Counted from the first letter of the stretch, positions 21,120-32,528 are shown. The stretch: 64,000 nt of DNA from Bacteroidota bacterium (GCA_018262715.1 JADFDS010000021.1:112010-176009), one strand, 5' to 3'. The notes: generated by a model from the letters alone, not told the origin. Made by a program: numbers and translations.

Positions 21120-22248
21120 ACCTTACCCCGAACTTATAGGTAGTGCTTGACAGGAAAGGCTCCTCCGGGGTCAGGATGACTGGCGGAAAGGATGCCTGGT
21201 TTGGACTGTCAGGATAATGCTGCGTCTCAAGGCAGAATCCCGAACGGTACTGGTAGACCTTGCCTCCGCGGCCGGTCTGGGTGCCGTCAAGGAAGTTGCC
21301 GGTGTAAAGCTGAACACCCGGCTGATCTGTGATAACCTGGATAACCCTGCCGGTTGACGGATCGTAGACCTCGGCATCAACCTGCTCAACATTGTCGAGT
21401 ACAAAGTTGTGGTCATACCCTCCGCCCAGGACGAGCTGGTCATATGCCTCACCGATCCTCTCGCCAATCAGATGAGGAGTGCGGAAATCAAACGGAGTCC
21501 CTTCCACAGGCCTCAGTTCCCCGGTGGGAATGAGGGTCGAATCAACCGGCGTGAATGCCGATGCCCTGATGAGTGCCTCGTGATCAAGGATGTCACCATT
21601 GCCTGTGCCGTGCAGGTTGAAATATGCATGGTTCGTAATGTTGATCACTGTCCTGCGGTCAGTTGTGACCTTGTAATCCATGATAAGTTCGTCATCGTCG
21701 GTCCAGGTGTATACAACCTCAGCAACGACGTTGCCCGGGTAACCCTCTTCCATGTCAGGCTTGCTGTAGGTGAACTTCACTGCCGGAAAGTCAGTGCCCT
21801 TCAGTACTTCGGCCGTCCAGGCCCTGCTGTGCCAGCCGGTGGGACCGCCGTGAAGTGAATTGGGACCATTGTTGAGAGCAAGGGTGTACTCAACCCCGTC
21901 AAGGGTGAATTTTCCCTTTGCAACGCGGTTGGCAAACTGGCCCACAACTTTGCCGAAATATGCATCGCCTTCAAGATAGCCGTCAAGTGTCTCGTACCCG
22001 AAGGTCACATTTCCCTTGTCGCCATTTCTGTCAGGCACATTGATCTCAACTATCGCAGCACCGTAATTGGTAAGTTTTACCACATCACCCTTCTTGTTTG
22101 TGAGTGTGAACAGGGATACTTCCTGTCCCTCGAATGAACCGAAATTTTCAGTAGTTACCATTTCTTTTGCCTTGTTGTTTCCGCATGAGCACAGCCCGAT
22201 AAAGGCAAGCGCCACAGCTGTTAGTAAAATGAGTCGTTCTCTTTTCAT
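21118..22248 (-). CDS. galM: Aldose 1-epimerase (mutarotase), lipoprotein
   Basis: LCSC lipobox. FANRVAKGKFTLDG, LHGG, ITNHAYFNLHG. Confidence 0.9.
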   Translation of the reverse strand: MKRERLILLTAVALAFIGLCSCGNNKAKEMVTTENFGSFEGQEVSLFTLTNKKGDVVKLTNYGAAIVEINVPDRNGDKGNVTFGYETLDGYLEGDAYFGKVVGQFANRVAKGKFTLDGVEYTLALNNGPNSLHGGPTGWHSRAWTAEVLKGTDFPAVKFTYSKPDMEEGYPGNVVAEVVYTWTDDDELIMDYKVTTDRRTVINITNHAYFNLHGTGNGDILDHEALIRASAFTPVDSTLIPTGELRPVEGTPFDFRTPHLIGERIGEAYDQLVLGGGYDHNFVLDNVEQVDAEVYDPSTGRVIQVITDQPGVQLYTGNFLDGTQTGRGGKVYQYRSGFCLETQHYPDSPNQASFPPVILTPEEPFLSSTTYKFGVR

Positions 22249-22315
22249 TTCTTGTAATGTAAAATTATGAGCAAATTTATTTTATGCCTTCCTTAATGAT
22301 ACCAGCCTGATGGTC

Positions 22316-23875
22316 TCAGTTTACAGTCAGTACAACCACCGATGCCGGCGGCACTTTCAGGCTGAGAATATTCTTCTTCAGCCGGGCCCCGGTAAAAGTA
22401 ACCGGCCGGACAGTCTCACTCTTGTCAAAGGTGTTGTGGGCATTCAGCTCCGCACCGCTGAGGATCCTTCCAGTCACCCCGGAGTATTCTCCGCCACGAA
22501 GATCTATAAGTACTTCTGACTCCGCTGAAGGGTCAACGTTAACGAGAGAGATGTTCACAGCGCCCTTTGCATCTTTAGAAGCGGAAGCGCTAAGCGATGG
22601 AACTTCCCTCCCGTCCAGTGAGTAGTTGCCGCAGTTGAGGTGCAGCGGGAGAAGTGTGGCGTCATGGTGAACCTTGTACATCTCGAAGATGTGATATGTC
22701 GGGGTCAACAGCATTTTGTCGCCGTCAGTAAGAATAAGTGATTGCAGCACGTTGACCGTCTGGGCTATATTGGCCATCTTTACCCTTTCACAGCGCTCGT
22801 TGAAATAGTTCAGCGAAAGACCTGCCACGATGGCATCGCGCATTGTATTCTGCTGATAAAGGAAACCCGGGTTGGTTCCCGGCTCAACATCCCACCATGT
22901 GCCCCATTCATCAACAACAAGTGCAACCCGGCGGGCAGGATCATATGAATCCATAACGGCTATATGCCTGTCAAGAGCTTTCTCCACATTAAGGCAGCGC
23001 TCAACGGTCTCAAAATAATCCTTCTCGGTGAATTTTGTGGCAGATCCCTTATTATTCCAGTTGGTTGTGTAGTAGTGCAGTGAAATACCCCACATCATCG
23101 AGTGAGGAATATCACGCATAAGGGTTTCGGTCCAGTTGTAGTCAGTAGAGTTGGCACCACCGGCCACCTTAAACAATCGGTTATCGCCATAATCCCTGGC
23201 ATAGGTGGCGTATCTCCTGTACTGATCGGCATAGAACTCTGCCGTCATGTTGCCTCCGCAGCCCCAGTTTTCATTGCCGACACCCCAGTACTTAACATTC
23301 CAGGGCTTCTCCCTGCCGTTGCTGCGGCGAAGATCAGCCATCGGGCTGACCCCATCAAAGTTGATGTACTCAACCCATTTTGACATCTCCTCAACTGAGC
23401 CGCTGCCCACATTGCCGCAGATATACGGTTCGGCTCCCAGCTGTTCGCAAAGATCAAGGAACTCATGTGTTCCGAAGCTGTTGTTTTCGGTTACGCCACC
23501 CCAGTGTGTGTTCACCATTTTAGGCCTCTTTTCTCGCGGACCGATTCCGTCCATCCAGTGATACTCATCGGCGAAGCAGCCACCAGGCCATCTCAGGTTG
23601 GGTATCTGTGTCCTTTTCAATGCTTCAACAACATCATTGCGGATACCCCTTGTATTAACAATGGAGCTCTCCTCTCCCACCCAGTAGCCGCCGTAGATGC
23701 ATCGCCCCAGGTGCTCGGAGAAGTGACCGTAGATATGGCGGCTGATTGTCTCAGAGCCAAGATCCGTTTCAATTATCAGGTTTGCCTTTGCAGGCTCCCC
23801 GCCCTTCTGGGCAGGTGCAGCCATAGCGAGCAGTACCAGAACTGCTGTCGCTGTAATTCTTAGATTCTTCTTCAC
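22316..23875 (-). CDS. abfA: GH51 alpha-L-arabinofuranosidase
   Basis: [13 protein letters not shown] (acid/base Glu) and [10 protein letters not shown] (nucleophile Glu). Signal peptide. GTG start. Confidence 0.9.
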   Translation of the reverse strand: MKKNLRITATAVLVLLAMAAPAQKGGEPAKANLIIETDLGSETISRHIYGHFSEHLGRCIYGGYWVGEESSIVNTRGIRNDVVEALKRTQIPNLRWPGGCFADEYHWMDGIGPREKRPKMVNTHWGGVTENNSFGTHEFLDLCEQLGAEPYICGNVGSGSVEEMSKWVEYINFDGVSPMADLRRSNGREKPWNVKYWGVGNENWGCGGNMTAEFYADQYRRYATYARDYGDNRLFKVAGGANSTDYNWTETLMRDIPHSMMWGISLHYYTTNWNNKGSATKFTEKDYFETVERCLNVEKALDRHIAVMDSYDPARRVALVVDEWGTWWDVEPGTNPGFLYQQNTMRDAIVAGLSLNYFNERCERVKMANIAQTVNVLQSLILTDGDKMLLTPTYHIFEMYKVHHDATLLPLHLNCGNYSLDGREVPSLSASASKDAKGAVNISLVNVDPSAESEVLIDLRGGEYSGVTGRILSGAELNAHNTFDKSETVRPVTFTGARLKKNILSLKVPPASVVVLTVN

Positions 23876-23962
23876 GTGCCGGATGTTATGTTTTGCCTAA
23901 AAATACAAACAAAAATTTATTTCATACTGTCTGATTCGGTTTTCACCACCGTCAACTGTCTG

Positions 23963-26302
23963 TCAGTCCTTCAGATTGAAGATGAACAAATTTATGCTAG
24001 CCGGCCCGATGGTCAGTTCTCCTGCCAGCTGTACGGCAGCCGGACCTGTTATCTTCACATTTTCAGGCCTTCCGGGTTCGTTGGTGGCCATTTCATCTGG
24101 CGCGGTGACCTGCCAGAGCTCACCCTCACCGGACACAGTTCCGTTCAGCAGGGTGACGGGTATCTTCACTTCGTCCCGGGTGGCATTTATAACAGAGATT
24201 GTCAGTGTCCGGCCTTCGCTGTCAAGCGTGGCCGCAATATCAACAGGCCTCGTTTCACCGCTGATCGTAACAGGCACAGTACCGAAATGCTGCCTGTAGA
24301 GTTTAAGCACCTGACCTGTTGCATCAAAGACAGAGCTGGTGGTGTTGGTCTTGATGCACCCGATGACGTTGACAGTCTGTGCATAATTGGCCATAAACAC
24401 CATATCACTCTGCCTCGAGTATTCGTTAAGGCCGGCAGCTATACCCATCGCATCACGCATGAAATAGCGTGTGCCGAGCTCCCCGTAGATATGCGGGCCG
24501 TACCAGTAGTTCCATTCATCCATGCATATCCGGATATCCTTGCCCTCAAGCTGTGGTATCTCCTGGCGGTATTGCCGGTGCGCGTCAGCCTTCTCCCTGA
24601 TTGCATCGGGGATCTGCTTCACATGGCTCATGAGTCCTCCCCCGTGCCAGTCCTGACGGTAAAAGTGCTCACTGATCAGGTCCATGCTTTCCGAGCAGTT
24701 TGTAAGCACCATCCGGTCCCAATCTCCCAGCTCGCCAACGGCAATGAGTTTGATATCCGGATCAACACTTTTCATCGCGTCCGCGAAGGCGTTGTGCTTC
24801 CTGACGAAATCATCGGTGGACATGTGACCCAGTTGCCAGTCGCCATACATCTCATTGCCGATAGACCACCACTTTACATTCCAGGGTTCGGCATGACCGT
24901 TGGCAGCCCTTAGTTTGCCCATTGGAGTCGCAGACGATCCGTTGCAGTACTCCACCTCCTCGCGAGCCTGCCTTGAATCACCCAGCCCGGCGTTGACGGC
25001 AATGTAAGGCTCAGTCCCGAGTATTTTGCAGAAGGTCATGAACTCATGTATGCCCACATCGTTGTGTTCAACGCCCTGCCATGCCGGGTTCTTGCGCGGC
25101 GGTCTCCTGTCGCGGTCACCAATGCCATCCTTCCAGTTATAGCCGCTGACAAAATTGCCTCCGGGCCAGCGATAAACCGGTGCGTTGAGCTCCTTCAGCA
25201 ATGCAATGACGTCTGAACGGAATCCCTCAATGTTGTCTGAGGGCATCAGGCTGACAGTTCCTACCCAGACTTTTCCGTTGCCTTCCGGCTCGATGGTCAG
25301 GGAAGCATTGTGAGTCATTTCGCCGGACTGGAATTTCAGCGGATAGGCAGAGAAGGTGTTGCCCGGCTTATCAATCGTGACAGTCCGTGACTCCTCACCC
25401 CAGCTTAGGGTGACCTTCACTCCGGTTATCCCCGGAGTTGCCTTAAGTATAACCCGGCCGGTGTATTCCAGGTCAGGTTTAAGTCCGAGACCTGACTGCT
25501 GTATCACTGCTGCGCCGGAGCCGTCAATTGCCAGCACCGGCGTCTTGTCACCTGTGAAGGGACTGACCCTGTCAACGGAGAAGAGATCCATTTTGCCATT
25601 AACCTGCCATGGTGATTCTCTGTCGCCGGGAGTGTACCAGAATTTGCGGTCCTGGAGCATCTCAGCCCAGATGCCTCCGTAGATGCACCTGCCGAGGTGT
25701 TCTATGAACTGACCGTAGATATACTCTGACATCGGCTCCTTCCTGTCAGCGAGGTCTATTGTGACCGCTGTGTTCGGTTTATCGGACGAAACCAGTTTCA
25801 GAGACATATCATCAAACCAGGCCCTTCCTGCTGCCGGGCCTTCACCGAGCATGCAGGACAGAACGGCTGAGTCATCGTTGCCGGTTTCGAAAGTTATTTC
25901 AACCTTTTGCCAGTCAGTGGTGCCGGAAATTCCGGTGAAACTGTCACCGGAGACACTAAGACGGAATCCCGCTCCCTTCCTCCCGGGAGCCTGGACGTTT
26001 TCAGTCTTCACCCATCCGGTGAATTTGTAAACTGACCATGGTTTAAGCTGAACGCGGTTCGTCCACCTTCCAACGGCAGGTCTGTCGCTCTGCAACATCA
26101 GGCTCCGCTTTCCATGGTGGGCTTCATAGTCATAAAAGGCAATCATGCCCCCTCTGCCGGTCTCGGCGTTCCAACCGGTCACAGTCGAACCTACTCCCTC
26201 TTCAGCCGACGGGTTGGGAATCAGTGTGTCCTGAACCCCTCCTCCGGAGCAGGAGGAGAGGAACATGGCAGCAGTAAAAATCAACAACAGGTTTTTTTTC
26301 AT
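23963..26302 (-). CDS. CBM4/9-like + GH51 alpha-L-arabinofuranosidase, lipoprotein
   Basis: The true start is probably ATG 26302 (MKKNLLLIFTAAMFLSSCSGG); the track start at 26413 is an upstream extension. A jelly-roll N-domain precedes WWSIGNEMYG and ICMDEWNYW. Confidence 0.85.
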   Translation of the reverse strand: MKKNLLLIFTAAMFLSSCSGGGVQDTLIPNPSAEEGVGSTVTGWNAETGRGGMIAFYDYEAHHGKRSLMLQSDRPAVGRWTNRVQLKPWSVYKFTGWVKTENVQAPGRKGAGFRLSVSGDSFTGISGTTDWQKVEITFETGNDDSAVLSCMLGEGPAAGRAWFDDMSLKLVSSDKPNTAVTIDLADRKEPMSEYIYGQFIEHLGRCIYGGIWAEMLQDRKFWYTPGDRESPWQVNGKMDLFSVDRVSPFTGDKTPVLAIDGSGAAVIQQSGLGLKPDLEYTGRVILKATPGITGVKVTLSWGEESRTVTIDKPGNTFSAYPLKFQSGEMTHNASLTIEPEGNGKVWVGTVSLMPSDNIEGFRSDVIALLKELNAPVYRWPGGNFVSGYNWKDGIGDRDRRPPRKNPAWQGVEHNDVGIHEFMTFCKILGTEPYIAVNAGLGDSRQAREEVEYCNGSSATPMGKLRAANGHAEPWNVKWWSIGNEMYGDWQLGHMSTDDFVRKHNAFADAMKSVDPDIKLIAVGELGDWDRMVLTNCSESMDLISEHFYRQDWHGGGLMSHVKQIPDAIREKADAHRQYRQEIPQLEGKDIRICMDEWNYWYGPHIYGELGTRYFMRDAMGIAAGLNEYSRQSDMVFMANYAQTVNVIGCIKTNTTSSVFDATGQVLKLYRQHFGTVPVTISGETRPVDIAATLDSEGRTLTISVINATRDEVKIPVTLLNGTVSGEGELWQVTAPDEMATNEPGRPENVKITGPAAVQLAGELTIGPASINLFIFNLKD

Positions 26303-26344
26303 GAGAGTGCTAAAATTTGTTATAATCACTTTATTATAAACGTA

Positions 26345-26370
26345 AAAGGCCGGTAAAAAGCGGCCTTTTA
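26345..26370 (-). terminator. Hairpin between GH127 and CBM-GH51 genes (terminator or attenuator)
   Basis: AAAAGGCCG-N8-CGGCCTTTT, located in the 167-nt gap once the GH51 start is moved to 26302. Confidence 0.4.
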
Positions 26371-26469
26371 CTCCTAATCCAGAATCACAAAACAATGCAA
26401 TTACATTCTCCACTCATTTACTCAATCTCTTTTCGGTTTCTCCAGGCAAGCCCCGGTGTAACAAGCTCT

Positions 26470-28887
26470 TTATTCGATGATCACTTCATGAATCCCGGAT
26501 GAAAACTCCTGGTTGAGTTTCACGTTTATCCTTATGCCGGATGCTTTAACCGGGCTGATTTCTGCAGTATTCCAGGCATCCTTTGTCACTGTCAGGGGGC
26601 TCACGGGAGAAGTTTTCCTCCATGTGCCGCCTGCAAGATATTCTACCTCCCATTCGTCGGGAATCCTGCAGCCGCCGGACGGACCGTCATCGAACCAGTA
26701 GACCTTTACTTTTGATATGGTTTCCGGTCCGGCGAAGTCAAACCTGACCCATTCCCACCTGTTGTTGTTGGGCCACCAGTGATAATAAGGCCAGGTATGG
26801 TCATTTGAATTTGCAGGCTCAAACTGATCTGTTATGGAAGCCAGCGCCTTGTTCTGCATGCTTCCGGTCACCTTGCTTGTATAGGCTATTGTGGGCGCGG
26901 GAGTTGGCCTTGCACTGGTCTCCTTAAAGGGCAGCCAGACCTTCATCTCACCGGGGCCTCGGTTGTTCCACAGGAAATACGGAATCAGGGTCAGGTCATG
27001 ATAGTCACCCAGACTGACCGTGCCGTCAATATTCCTGGAAGCCTGCCTGGCCCTGGTGGTGATTACCTCGGTGCCATTGAGCATGTCAGGCCTGAAGGCG
27101 GTGGCAAATTCCGGATTCTCATCCACAACCAGTCCCAGCACATGGCCGTCAGCGTTGTCAGGCCATTCGGCGCAGAACATCAGCGGTCCCCTCTGAACAG
27201 CATACTTGCCTTCGTCCTCCTTTACCTGCTCATCTGCCACAACTGTCCTCACAGGCATGGGAATGTCGAGCTCGATCCGGTCTCCTGCCTGCCACTTTCT
27301 TGTGATGACGGCATAGCCATTTTCTATCGGAGCATCAATTTTTGCGCCGTTTACAATCAGCTTATGCTTTTCCTCAGATTGGCCTGCGAAGCTGTAGAGG
27401 TTTCCTGGAATGGCTTCATTCCTTGCCCAGCCGGGGATGCGGACACGCACGGTGAACCTGCCTGCTTTCTCCGGGTCAATTATCATGGTGACTTTGCCTT
27501 CCCAGGGGTAATTGGTCTCCTGTGCGATCCTCACGCTTCGGCTTCCCAGTTCAATATCAGCATTGTTTGAAGCGAACAGGTTTACATACAGGTCCTTGTT
27601 CGTCACGGAATAGATATATCCCGGAATGGCAGGTATGAACCTGCAGACATTTGACGGGCAGCAGGCACATCCGAACCATGCGGATCTTTCGTGCTGGCCG
27701 TTCGACTCCAGCGGATTGGGGTAGAAGAACCTGTCTCCTGCCAGGTTAACACCCGCAAGGGCACCGTTATAGAGCGTCTTCTCAAGAATGTCAAAATACT
27801 TCCCTTCACCGTGAAGCGAAAAGAGCCTGTGATTGAAGAAGATGTCGCCTATCGAGGCGCATGTCTCACAGTAAGCAGACATGTTCGGAAGGTGATAAGG
27901 CTCAGCAAAACCTTCGTTTCCGCCAGAGGCGCCAATACCGCCGGTAATGTACATCTTCCTGTATACCAGGTCTTCCCAGATCTTTGTGATGGCATTGACA
28001 TATGCCTCGTCACCGAGAATGGCAGCAACGTCAGCCATGCCTGAATACATATAGGTTGCCCTGACGGAATGACCAACCGCTTCAGTCTGTTCAACCACCT
28101 TCTTGTGGCTCTGCGAATACTCCTCGCCATCATCACGGGCGCCGCGGGCATCGAGAAAAAACTTCGCCAGGTCAAGATACCGCTTCTCGCCGGTAACCCT
28201 GTAGAGCTTGACAAGCCCCATCTCAATCACCTGGTGCCCGGGATAGCTTACAAATGCATCCCACCCGAAGTCCTTGTCAACCAGGTCGGCTGACTTGATG
28301 GATATGTCCAGAAGATCTCTCTTGCCGGTAGCCTGGAAGTGTGCCACGGCTGCCTCGTACATGTGACCAAGGTTGTACAGCTCATGACTGAGGATATTGG
28401 TCTTCTCCCATCTTTTTCCCTCAGCCCATTCATGCAGCTTTCCGTATCCCAACTCTGCTATTGTGCGGTTGGTATAGAGGTAACCGTCATCTTCCTGAGC
28501 TAGGCCAATCTTATATATTAATGTATCAAGATATGCTTCCAGTTTTGGATCAGGATAGGTCTGAAGCGAGTAGCTTGCTCCCTCGATAATCTTCGTAACG
28601 TCCGAATCGTCAAATGGATAGATTGTCTGAAACGCACCGGTATCAAGTCCGCCGGCAATCTCGAAGTTCTTTATTCTCCCGGTTGATTCGCAATACCCGA
28701 AGGCGATGGGAATGGTTACCTCGTGGTTCTTTTTAATGCGCGGGGCCCAGAAGTTGTCAGTCATCTTCACCGATGTGAAGGGTACAGGCCTGATGGGGTA
28801 ATTCCCGTCACCCTTGTTGCCTGTGCATGAAGCCACGGTGATTGCCGCTGCAGCGGCGAAAATTGTCAGTCTTCCGTTGATTTTCAT
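26470..28887 (-). CDS. GH127 (DUF1680) beta-L-arabinofuranosidase with C-terminal galactose-binding-like domain
   Basis: SAYCETCASIG and FGCACCPSNV (HypBA1-type Glu/Cys Zn and catalytic Cys motifs). The extra ~150 aa tail is W-rich (WPYYHWWPNNNRWEWVRFDF...VKVYWFDDG). Confidence 0.85.
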   Translation of the reverse strand: MKINGRLTIFAAAAAITVASCTGNKGDGNYPIRPVPFTSVKMTDNFWAPRIKKNHEVTIPIAFGYCESTGRIKNFEIAGGLDTGAFQTIYPFDDSDVTKIIEGASYSLQTYPDPKLEAYLDTLIYKIGLAQEDDGYLYTNRTIAELGYGKLHEWAEGKRWEKTNILSHELYNLGHMYEAAVAHFQATGKRDLLDISIKSADLVDKDFGWDAFVSYPGHQVIEMGLVKLYRVTGEKRYLDLAKFFLDARGARDDGEEYSQSHKKVVEQTEAVGHSVRATYMYSGMADVAAILGDEAYVNAITKIWEDLVYRKMYITGGIGASGGNEGFAEPYHLPNMSAYCETCASIGDIFFNHRLFSLHGEGKYFDILEKTLYNGALAGVNLAGDRFFYPNPLESNGQHERSAWFGCACCPSNVCRFIPAIPGYIYSVTNKDLYVNLFASNNADIELGSRSVRIAQETNYPWEGKVTMIIDPEKAGRFTVRVRIPGWARNEAIPGNLYSFAGQSEEKHKLIVNGAKIDAPIENGYAVITRKWQAGDRIELDIPMPVRTVVADEQVKEDEGKYAVQRGPLMFCAEWPDNADGHVLGLVVDENPEFATAFRPDMLNGTEVITTRARQASRNIDGTVSLGDYHDLTLIPYFLWNNRGPGEMKVWLPFKETSARPTPAPTIAYTSKVTGSMQNKALASITDQFEPANSNDHTWPYYHWWPNNNRWEWVRFDFAGPETISKVKVYWFDDGPSGGCRIPDEWEVEYLAGGTWRKTSPVSPLTVTKDAWNTAEISPVKASGIRINVKLNQEFSSGIHEVIIE

Positions 28888-28890
28888 GAT

Positions 28891-30858
28891 TTATTTGTTG
28901 GTTGTTTTGATCCAAACTGTCATCTCTCCCTTTCCCCTGTTTGCCCAGGAGTAGTATGGCACTGCCTTAGCCTGTTTTACCGTACCGGTGCTGTCGGTTA
29001 CAGGGAATGTCAGGGTGCCTGTGCCGCCTGCCAGTGATTGCTCGAATGCAAACACCGGCTTCACCGAGGTGTCAACTGTCAGCTCCCTGACAGGTCCGTT
29101 GTCAGCCTGCTCAAGGCAATATACCAACGGCCCTGCCCCCAGCGCCACCCTGCCGCTGTCAGCAGCCACCTCTTTCCTGGCTTCAATGAATCTCGGCTCC
29201 ATCGGAAGTGAGATTTCAACAACGTCTCCCGACTTCCATTCCCTGTCAATATGAGCGAATCCGTCAGAAATCGGAGCCTTGTACTTTTTGCCGTTCACTC
29301 TTATTCCTACCCTTCCTTTCTCCGGTGTGACGTACCTGTACAAATCGCCTTCAGCAGGTTCTCCTCCGGTCCATGCCGGGATGCGAACGCCGATGGTAAA
29401 CCGGCTCTTCTCCGTTGATGGTGTTACCGTTACCCTGACATTCCCGGTCCACGGGTAAGCGGTCTCCACCGTAACATCAGTCTCACCTTCCGTAGTCGAC
29501 AGATGCGCGGATGAACCGATAAAGAGGTTCAGGTTGATCCCGGCTGTTGTCTCAGACCATATGTATTGTTTCATTGAAGGGAGGAGACGGGCCACATTTC
29601 CGGGGCAGCAGGAACACTCGAACCAGCCGGCCCTCTCGAACCTTCCGTCAGATTCGAGGGGATTGGGATAGAAAAAGCTGCACCCGTCCTGTCCGATACC
29701 CGAAATGAGTCCGTTGTACAGAGTCCTCTCCAGCGCATCAAGATACATTGCATTGCCGGTGGCAGAGTACAACCGGTGGTTCCAGAAAACATTGGCTACT
29801 GAAGCGCAGGTTTCGGTGTAGGCCGTCATGTTTGGCAGCTCGAAGGGCTCACCAAAGGCCTCACCGTATTCCTTGGAACCAATTCCTCCGGTTATATAGA
29901 TCTTGCCGCGTGTAACGTCACGCCAGATCTTTTCTGACGCTTCAAGGTAACTGTTGTCTCCTGTGACGCGCGAAATGTCAGCCATTGCCGTGTACATATA
30001 GGCACCTCTCACGGCATGCCCCACAGCTTCGGTCTGTTCGAGTACCGGCAGATGCATCTGCAGGTATACCGAGTCATTGTAAACCTCGAAACGTGATCCG
30101 ACAGGGTGCCTGGTGTACTCCTCCTGTCTGCCCCTGACATCAATGAAAAACCGGGCCAGCTCAAGCCAGCGGTTATTGCCTGTCAGTTCAAAGAGTTTTA
30201 TCAGCCCTATCTCTATCTCCTGATGCCCGGGGGCAATCTCACGCAGGCCCCAGCCAAACTCCGAAGCCACAAGCTCCGCATTTTTCAGGGCAACGTTTAG
30301 AAAACTGTCTGAACCGGTAGCAAGATAGTGTGCAACGGCAGCCTCATACATGTGCCCCACATTGTAAAGCTCATGGCTTACCCGCTCGTCAATCCATCTC
30401 TCTCTTCCTGCCCCGGGCGCCATGTTGACAGGGTCAATGGTACGTGTGGTGTAGAGATAACCGTCATCCTCCTGTGCTGCAGCAATAAGTGTCACAAGAC
30501 TGTCCACATAGTTACGGAGCACGGGATCTGGCGTCTCGAGCAGTGAATAACAGGCGCCTTCAATTATCTTGAATACGTCTGAATCATTGTAACGTTCACC
30601 TGTATGCTTCCCCTTCTTCAGTCCACCGGCAATGGCGAAGTTGTCAATGCGCCCTGTCTCCTCACACTTGCCGAAGGCGTACGGGATGGTCACCGTCCGG
30701 TTCCTCTCGATGAAGGGCTTCCAGAAAGCGTCATTCACAGTAACAGACTGCAGCGATGGCGTTTTCAGCCAGCCATTCTGCGCTGTCTCCTGCCGGGATG
30801 TATTGCCACCGCACGATGCAAGCATCACAGATACGACTATCAATACTGTTTTTCTCAT
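28891..30858 (-). CDS. GH127 (DUF1680) beta-L-arabinofuranosidase, lipoprotein
   Basis: MLASCGG lipobox. TAYTETCASV and FECSCCPGNV. The start overlaps the araB stop (TGATG). Confidence 0.85.
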   Translation of the reverse strand: MRKTVLIVVSVMLASCGGNTSRQETAQNGWLKTPSLQSVTVNDAFWKPFIERNRTVTIPYAFGKCEETGRIDNFAIAGGLKKGKHTGERYNDSDVFKIIEGACYSLLETPDPVLRNYVDSLVTLIAAAQEDDGYLYTTRTIDPVNMAPGAGRERWIDERVSHELYNVGHMYEAAVAHYLATGSDSFLNVALKNAELVASEFGWGLREIAPGHQEIEIGLIKLFELTGNNRWLELARFFIDVRGRQEEYTRHPVGSRFEVYNDSVYLQMHLPVLEQTEAVGHAVRGAYMYTAMADISRVTGDNSYLEASEKIWRDVTRGKIYITGGIGSKEYGEAFGEPFELPNMTAYTETCASVANVFWNHRLYSATGNAMYLDALERTLYNGLISGIGQDGCSFFYPNPLESDGRFERAGWFECSCCPGNVARLLPSMKQYIWSETTAGINLNLFIGSSAHLSTTEGETDVTVETAYPWTGNVRVTVTPSTEKSRFTIGVRIPAWTGGEPAEGDLYRYVTPEKGRVGIRVNGKKYKAPISDGFAHIDREWKSGDVVEISLPMEPRFIEARKEVAADSGRVALGAGPLVYCLEQADNGPVRELTVDTSVKPVFAFEQSLAGGTGTLTFPVTDSTGTVKQAKAVPYYSWANRGKGEMTVWIKTTNK

Positions 30859-32528
30859 CAGCCTTTGACCTCTTTCCTGATGGCCTTGAGTCTTTTCATC
30901 ACATCATTGGCTCCGCGGCCAAAGTAGTCATGAAGGATCCTGTATTCGGCGAACAGCCTGTCATAGATTGCTGTGTTTTCCCCGATGGGCCGGTATGTCT
31001 GTTCCTTTACCTTGGCCATGACCCGGGCAGCATCCATGATAGTATCAAAGCCGCCGTCTGCCTTGCCTGCTGCAACGGCACCAAACATTGCCGATCCCAG
31101 TGCCGGAGCCTGTGGTGACCCGGAGATTCTGATCTCCCTTTTGATCACATCGGCATATATCTGCATGACAAACGCATTCTTCTCGGCTATGCCGCCTGCA
31201 GCGTAAAACTCGTTCACCGGAACGCCGTTTTCCTCAAAGGTCTCAATGATCATTCTCGTGCCGAAGGCAGTGGCTTCGATAAGCGCCCTGTAAATCTCTT
31301 CCGGTTTGGTAATCAGACTCATGCCGGCGATCATGCCTGTAAGGTCCACATCAACCAGCACCGACCTGTTGCCGTTCCACCAGTCAAGCGCCACCAGTCC
31401 GCTCTCACCGGGCTTAAGCTTCGCTGCCTTTTCTGTAAGCAGGGTATGAAGGTCAATGCCTGCTGCGTCTGCCTCAGCCTTGTATTCAGCCGGTGTGCAG
31501 TTCTCAACAAACCACTGGAAGTGGTCACCCACACAGCTCTGTCCGGCCTCATAGCCGAAGAATCCTTCAATGATCCCGTCCTCGACCACACCGCACATGC
31601 CAGGCACCTCTCTTTCCGTATCGCCAAGAAGCATATGGCAGGTTGATGTGCCGATGATGGCAAGCATCTTTCCCGGTGAGGTGATTCCTACGGCCGGAAT
31701 GGATACATGAGCATCAACATTGGCAACCGCAACGGCAGTGCCTTCCCTGAGCCCGGTAAGTCCGGCAGCTGCAGCAGTTATGGATCCTGCCCTTGTGCCA
31801 ACAGGCATAAGGGTTCGCAGAAGCTTTTCATCAACCAGTCTCTCCATCCTGGGATGAAGGGCTTTGAAGAATTCATTTGAAGGATAGCCGTCATGCTTGT
31901 GCCAGATGGCCTTATATCCTGCAGTACAGGTGTTGCGTGTCTCCCTCCCGGTGAGCTGCCATACCACCCAGTCGGCTGCTTCAATAAAACGGTCAGCAGC
32001 ATCATATACTCCGGGGTCTTCGTTAACGGTCTGCCAGATCTTGGGTATCATCCATTCTGAGGATATCTTCCCGCCGTAACGTTTCAGAAACTTTTCTTTT
32101 CTCTGTTCAGCTATTGTGTTAAGCCTGTTGGCCTCATCCTGGGCGGCGTGATGCTTCCACAGTTTGATCCATGCATTGGGCCTGCTCCTGAACTCATCAA
32201 GAAAACAGAGCGGCGTACCATCTGCCTTCACCGGCAGTACAGTGCAGGCGGTGAAGTCTATACCCACGCCCACCACCTGGTCAGGGGTAACCATTGACAT
32301 CTTCATTACCATGGGTACTGTAACCCTGAAGACATCCAGGTAATCCTGAGGGTGCTGCAGCGCCCAGTCTACTCCAAGCGGAGTACCATCAGGGAGCTTC
32401 TCGTCCATGACCCCGTGAGAATATTCATGAACAGCAACGGCTACTTCCTCACCTGTTGTCGTATCAACCAGTACCGCTCTCCCTGAAAGGGTTCCAAAAT
32501 CAACTCCTATAGTATAATTGTGCATCAT
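30858..32528 (-). CDS. araB: L-ribulokinase (FGGY family)
   Basis: [19 protein letters not shown]-terminus, 556 aa, sits in the ara gene context. Confidence 0.9.
   Translation of the reverse strand: MMHNYTIGVDFGTLSGRAVLVDTTTGEEVAVAVHEYSHGVMDEKLPDGTPLGVDWALQHPQDYLDVFRVTVPMVMKMSMVTPDQVVGVGIDFTACTVLPVKADGTPLCFLDEFRSRPNAWIKLWKHHAAQDEANRLNTIAEQRKEKFLKRYGGKISSEWMIPKIWQTVNEDPGVYDAADRFIEAADWVVWQLTGRETRNTCTAGYKAIWHKHDGYPSNEFFKALHPRMERLVDEKLLRTLMPVGTRAGSITAAAAGLTGLREGTAVAVANVDAHVSIPAVGITSPGKMLAIIGTSTCHMLLGDTEREVPGMCGVVEDGIIEGFFGYEAGQSCVGDHFQWFVENCTPAEYKAEADAAGIDLHTLLTEKAAKLKPGESGLVALDWWNGNRSVLVDVDLTGMIAGMSLITKPEEIYRALIEATAFGTRMIIETFEENGVPVNEFYAAGGIAEKNAFVMQIYADVIKREIRISGSPQAPALGSAMFGAVAAGKADGGFDTIMDAARVMAKVKEQTYRPIGENTAIYDRLFAEYRILHDYFGRGANDVMKRLKAIRKEVKG

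Noticed and set aside
23876-24913. 345-aa plus-strand ORF antisense to the CBM-GH51 gene
   Set aside because: It lies entirely within, and antisense to, a gene with clear GH51 motifs. The translation is low-information with no motifs and no upstream promoter. Typical shadow ORF.
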